Positions 44,733 to 48,193 of a stretch of 48,193 nucleotides of DNA are shown here, in pieces. The position numbers and the translations under genes were made by a program. How positions within the stretch are numbered: position 1 is the first letter of the stretch; every line of letters starts with the position of its first letter. Source of the stretch: Erysipelotrichales bacterium (GTDB lineage: Bacteria > Bacillota_I > Bacilli_A > Erysipelotrichales > Erysipelotrichaceae); the NCBI GenBank assembly GCA_038323255.1, contig JBBQGS010000001.1, forward strand, positions 1 to 48,193, in the 5' to 3' direction. The notes under the pieces are model-generated. The model worked only from the letters and a program-made list of their open reading frames with translations. It was not told the origin of the DNA and made no database searches.

Positions 44733-45755
44733 CTATAAGATGGAATCGAAATAGGACTTCCCTTCAATCTTAGCTTTAAGTTGCCCGGTAAAAGAAAAGT
44801 ACCGGTTGAATCTAAAGATAGTATTCAAAATTTCGGCTATCTTAAACTTTACTCTATCTGGTCTTATCAATAACTCATCAATTTTTCCGTCATAATTCTC
44901 GTCCACAAGTATTTGCTTCGGGTGAACAAGCGGAAACTCAATTTCAAACGTTTCTAAACTCAATAAACGCTTTGTATAGCTCGTCAATTCTGTAACCCCG
45001 TGGGTAGAATCCTCGCTAACCCCAATATTGTGAATAAGATTTTTCGTAGGGACGATGGTCAATCCATCATGAAGATACTGGGCAAAGCTCCACTGGTAAT
45101 CCCAGGTGCTTTGGCGATGTCCAATTCTGCCAAGCTCCGCTTCTCGACCCCATGAATATTCCAAGTCCTGTTTACGCTTAGGATTTTTAACTTGTTTTAG
45201 AACATATTCTCTATCATTTATATTCCACCACTTGCTCATTTTATCGTCAAAATGCTTAAATGCTCTTCGCCAAGACGCCCATCCACAAGGATACATATGT
45301 CTTGAAAAAACATAGCTTAGATTATCGGGTGTTTCGTAATCAACCAAATAGTTCCCACCCACTATCCAGAAAACATTCTCGCAATCTCTATATCGATCTA
45401 ACATCTCTTTGCAGTATTTAAAGAATGATATATCCGGGATATTGTCATCTTCCAAAAAAATAGCTGTTTCTTCTTTCGTGAACACCCAAGATGCTCCATT
45501 CCCAATACGTTCGCAACACCCCATATTTACACCCGCATAATTTTTTGTAACATCGCAGTCCCATGTTATATATTCATCAGCCATTCTGCGACATTCCATA
45601 ATTGAATCCAATTCATTGGGTCTGTTGGTTCTTGGCCCATCAGAAATAAGATAAAGTTTTTTGGGACGGATTTTCCCAACTTGTTCCAAAACTTTTCTGA
45701 AGTACTCGGGTCTGTTAAAGAAGATCAACACTATTGGTACATCAAATTGTTCCAT
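44733..45755 (-). CDS. GT-A fold glycosyltransferase (GT2/HlpA-like)
   Basis: PIVLIFFNRPEYFRKVLE, the DxD-type FLEDDN, then a soluble C-terminal domain. GGAGG precedes the ATG. Confidence 0.68.
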   Translation of the reverse strand: MEQFDVPIVLIFFNRPEYFRKVLEQVGKIRPKKLYLISDGPRTNRPNELDSIMECRRMADEYITWDCDVTKNYAGVNMGCCERIGNGASWVFTKEETAIFLEDDNIPDISFFKYCKEMLDRYRDCENVFWIVGGNYLVDYETPDNLSYVFSRHMYPCGWASWRRAFKHFDDKMSKWWNINDREYVLKQVKNPKRKQDLEYSWGREAELGRIGHRQSTWDYQWSFAQYLHDGLTIVPTKNLIHNIGVSEDSTHGVTELTSYTKRLLSLETFEIEFPLVHPKQILVDENYDGKIDELLIRPDRVKFKIAEILNTIFRFNRYFSFTGQLKAKIEGKSYFDSIL

Positions 45756-45986
45756 TTTCTTTTTCCTCCATTTATGAATTCATGACTTTAATAATATGCA
45801 ACATATTGTCTTAATTAGATCTCAACTTTGCTTACTGTGTAGAAGTGGTAGTTTGTCAGGATGGTTTTTCAAAATGCACTGATGAGACTCCCTATTGCTT
45901 TGATGAACTTATGTGTACAATTCCCAATCTACTAGTGAATCGAAACTCTGTATTCCTCAAACGATAGTTTATGAAGTTGGATGATT

Positions 45987-47324
45987 CTAAACATATTTTT
46001 CATGAGCCAATCTATCATTCTCTGCCAATCCAATAAACAGCCACGCTAATATGACTGGGAACGACATTGAAAGCACTGGTTCAACCATTGATGATACAAA
46101 AAGACAAAGAACTGAAATTAAGAATACGGAAAATCTTATCCACGATTCCCTATTCTTTTTATGAAGTTGAAAACTGAACATTGCTGTTAACGGGATTGCC
46201 AAAATAGAGAAGTATAGCAGCATCCCTATGATTCCGAATGCAAGTGATAATTCAAGAAACACATTATGAGCCCCTTGAAAAACGAATTTTTTATCGTATT
46301 CAACTATAAAGAGTGTTTTCCCTGTACCGAAGAGAGGATTTTTCTCGATTTCGTGAAGAGATTCAGCCCACAAATAAGATCTAACTGAATCACTTCCGGA
46401 AATTTCTTCTTTGATGGCTGTTGTATCCTCCGGATTAAATCCGGGGAACGATCCAACATCCGTAATAGCGGTAATAGAAATGAATTGTCTTGCCATGTTT
46501 TTTCTTAAATCTAAAAAGTTAATCTGATACAGTAGCGTAATTGCTAAAGCTATTAGTAAAAATGGAAGCATTGATTTTAAACTCCTATAAATGTTATTTC
46601 TAAAGTTTAGAATTAAGCAAGAGAGTATCGTAAAAATCAGTAAATATAGTCCACTGCGCGACCCGGATGAAATTACAAAAAAGATTGAAAAGAATATATT
46701 GAGCCAACAAATTCCTATCCAGATTTTGTTGCGGATGATCTCGCCTTGATACATTACAAAGTAAATGAAGTACGGCATCATAACAATCATTGCAACATTA
46801 TAGACGTTAATGTTTAGCAGTAAATAAGAAAATCTTACACTCGATAACTGATAGCTAATAAAAAGTTGCGCAAAATTTATTAGAGAGCTAATAATCAGCA
46901 GCTTTCTGAATATATTGAAAGTGTTAATGATTTTCGAATCTATCAAAAAATACAGCACTAATGACGAAATGTAAATGGAAGCGATATAGTTGCTTTGAAA
47001 AGCATTAAAACCATTGGTGTACCTATATATGGTTATTACTAGGTAGTAAATTATGAAAAGGATTGACAATAGGAGAACATATTTCGATCTCTTTGATGGT
47101 TTGTATATTTGGCTTTTTATTAACCTTAATACCTCTATTCCATAAATTAGCAGGATAATCTGAGGAAGATATATAATTAGAGTATTGATCTTTCTAGGAA
47201 TGAAATTGTAGAAAGTTGTGCCAATAATAATGAGCGATAGAATGATTGCTATTAAATTGTTGTTCATAAAAATTACGAATTTTGATTTTTTTCTTGTGCT
47301 TTCGTACATTAGTGTGTTATCCAT
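45987..47324 (-). CDS. Second Wzy-type polymerase / O-antigen-ligase family protein
   Basis: Length 445 aa with about 11 TM helices. The SGSRSG loop and GTGKTLF..GAHNVFLELSLAFGIIG form the Wzy_C signature. Confidence 0.75.
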   Translation of the reverse strand: MDNTLMYESTRKKSKFVIFMNNNLIAIILSLIIIGTTFYNFIPRKINTLIIYLPQIILLIYGIEVLRLIKSQIYKPSKRSKYVLLLSILFIIYYLVITIYRYTNGFNAFQSNYIASIYISSLVLYFLIDSKIINTFNIFRKLLIISSLINFAQLFISYQLSSVRFSYLLLNINVYNVAMIVMMPYFIYFVMYQGEIIRNKIWIGICWLNIFFSIFFVISSGSRSGLYLLIFTILSCLILNFRNNIYRSLKSMLPFLLIALAITLLYQINFLDLRKNMARQFISITAITDVGSFPGFNPEDTTAIKEEISGSDSVRSYLWAESLHEIEKNPLFGTGKTLFIVEYDKKFVFQGAHNVFLELSLAFGIIGMLLYFSILAIPLTAMFSFQLHKKNRESWIRFSVFLISVLCLFVSSMVEPVLSMSFPVILAWLFIGLAENDRLAHEKYV

Positions 47325-47326
47325 TT

Positions 47327-48193
47327 TTAATCCTCACTTTCGTAACTAACCAATTCGATGATTTTTTTTGTTTGAACAACCTCGTTCTTGTTCTCAGAAA
47401 CAAACTTCTTAGCTCTAGCACCGAACGCCTTTAATTCTTCAGTTGATTTCAACAGAAGATTCTCTATAGCATAAGCAATATCTTTAGGTTGATTGCCCTC
47501 GATTTTATATAAATAATCAAAATATTCATCTGGGATACCAAGCAATTTGAAAACGATTGTCGGAATCCCTGAATACATATAATCAATTATTTTTGACGGA
47601 AAAGAGTATTTTGTGAATTCACCGGAATCATTTCTGGGATTTATGAGAAAATTCGCCTTTTGGGAATATTCCTTCACTTCTTCTCGACTCACTTGACCAA
47701 AATACTTAATATTTGGATATTGCGTGGAATATTGACGAACTTCATTCTCGGCTTCTCCATTACCACAGATCCATAATTCAACCTCTTTATCTTTAAGAAT
47801 CACAAACGATTCCAGCAGTTTTTCAATCCCGTATAATTTGTTCAGTGTGCCTGCATAAAATACAACTTTGTTTTTATTTTGTTCATTTTTAAAAATAGTG
47901 TTCGGATATTTATCATGCGAGTTAACAATTCCTTCGATTACAATCCATTTCTTATTTCGAATATCAATTTTATCTGCCATGAACTTTGTTAGAAAGACAA
48001 ATGAATTTACATTCTCGAGTAGTTTGTTAATAAATCTTTGATCAATTGTTTTAAGTGCTTTATGTACAAATGATTGCTTCATTTGTAAGTTCATGAACTC
48101 TGGTAAATCAGGGCATATACAACACAAATGAATGTTTTTATATTTTTTCTTAGCTTTTACTGCCGCATATAAAAAGGGGGAATGGATGGAATA
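47327..48193 (-). CDS. GT4-family glycosyltransferase, 5' end off-window
   Basis: The reading frame stays open from 48127 to the window edge (..YSIHSPFLYAAVKAKKKYKNIHLCCICPDLPEF..). The C-terminal half has NPRNDSGEFTKYSFPSKIIDYMYSGIPTIV (E-x7-E-like). The stop is 2 nt before the Wzy start. Confidence 0.8.
   Translation of the reverse strand, partial: YSIHSPFLYAAVKAKKKYKNIHLCCICPDLPEFMNLQMKQSFVHKALKTIDQRFINKLLENVNSFVFLTKFMADKIDIRNKKWIVIEGIVNSHDKYPNTIFKNEQNKNKVVFYAGTLNKLYGIEKLLESFVILKDKEVELWICGNGEAENEVRQYSTQYPNIKYFGQVSREEVKEYSQKANFLINPRNDSGEFTKYSFPSKIIDYMYSGIPTIVFKLLGIPDEYFDYLYKIEGNQPKDIAYAIENLLLKSTEELKAFGARAKKFVSENKNEVVQTKKIIELVSYESED

Overview
A 48.2-kb chromosomal window from a Gram-positive, Bacillota-like bacterium, using the standard genetic code. 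About 85% of it is coding and most genes are on the minus strand. I found no rRNA, tRNA, CRISPR array, transposase or integrase.

(1) 1-9.4 kb is the conserved cysS-mrnC-rlmB-sigH-like-rpmG-secE-nusG-rplK-rplA neighbourhood. It is interrupted between nusG and rplK by a translationally coupled sortase and a 1207-aa LPNTG surface adhesin.

(2) 9.4-14.7 kb holds an Fe-S aldo/keto reductase coupled to a DUF871/MupG-like protein, a PAS-GGDGF-EAL c-di-GMP protein and a PAP2 phosphatase.

(3) 14.8-19.1 kb is a copper operon, copZ-copA-csoR plus an HMA/DsbD_2/cupredoxin fusion gene. A CsoR-type palindrome sits inside the spacer of a near-consensus promoter.

(4) 19.1-30.2 kb holds gap, a decayed UbiA prenyltransferase, and an uncharacterised operon (small membrane protein, standalone DUF2156/MprF-synthase-like protein, Eis-like GNAT) next to an XRE regulator. 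It also holds an M29 aminopeptidase, an acyltransferase-3, a TM2-DUF2752 pair, a DUF3048 lipoprotein and gdhA.

(5) 30.3-48.2 kb is a visibly AT-richer glycan locus running off the right edge. It contains two tandem Wzx/Wzy cassettes, five or six glycosyltransferases, a TviB/TviC-like UDP-sugar dehydrogenase/epimerase pair and two CpsA-type LCP ligases. Long non-coding spacers separate its parts.

The best candidates for new biology are the DUF2156-GNAT operon, the adhesin cassette inside the ribosomal-protein neighbourhood, the double Wzx/Wzy locus (including a 22-codon uORF coupled to an SD-less glycosyltransferase) and the three-domain copper-operon membrane protein. All functional calls rest on motif recognition by eye; no database search was run.
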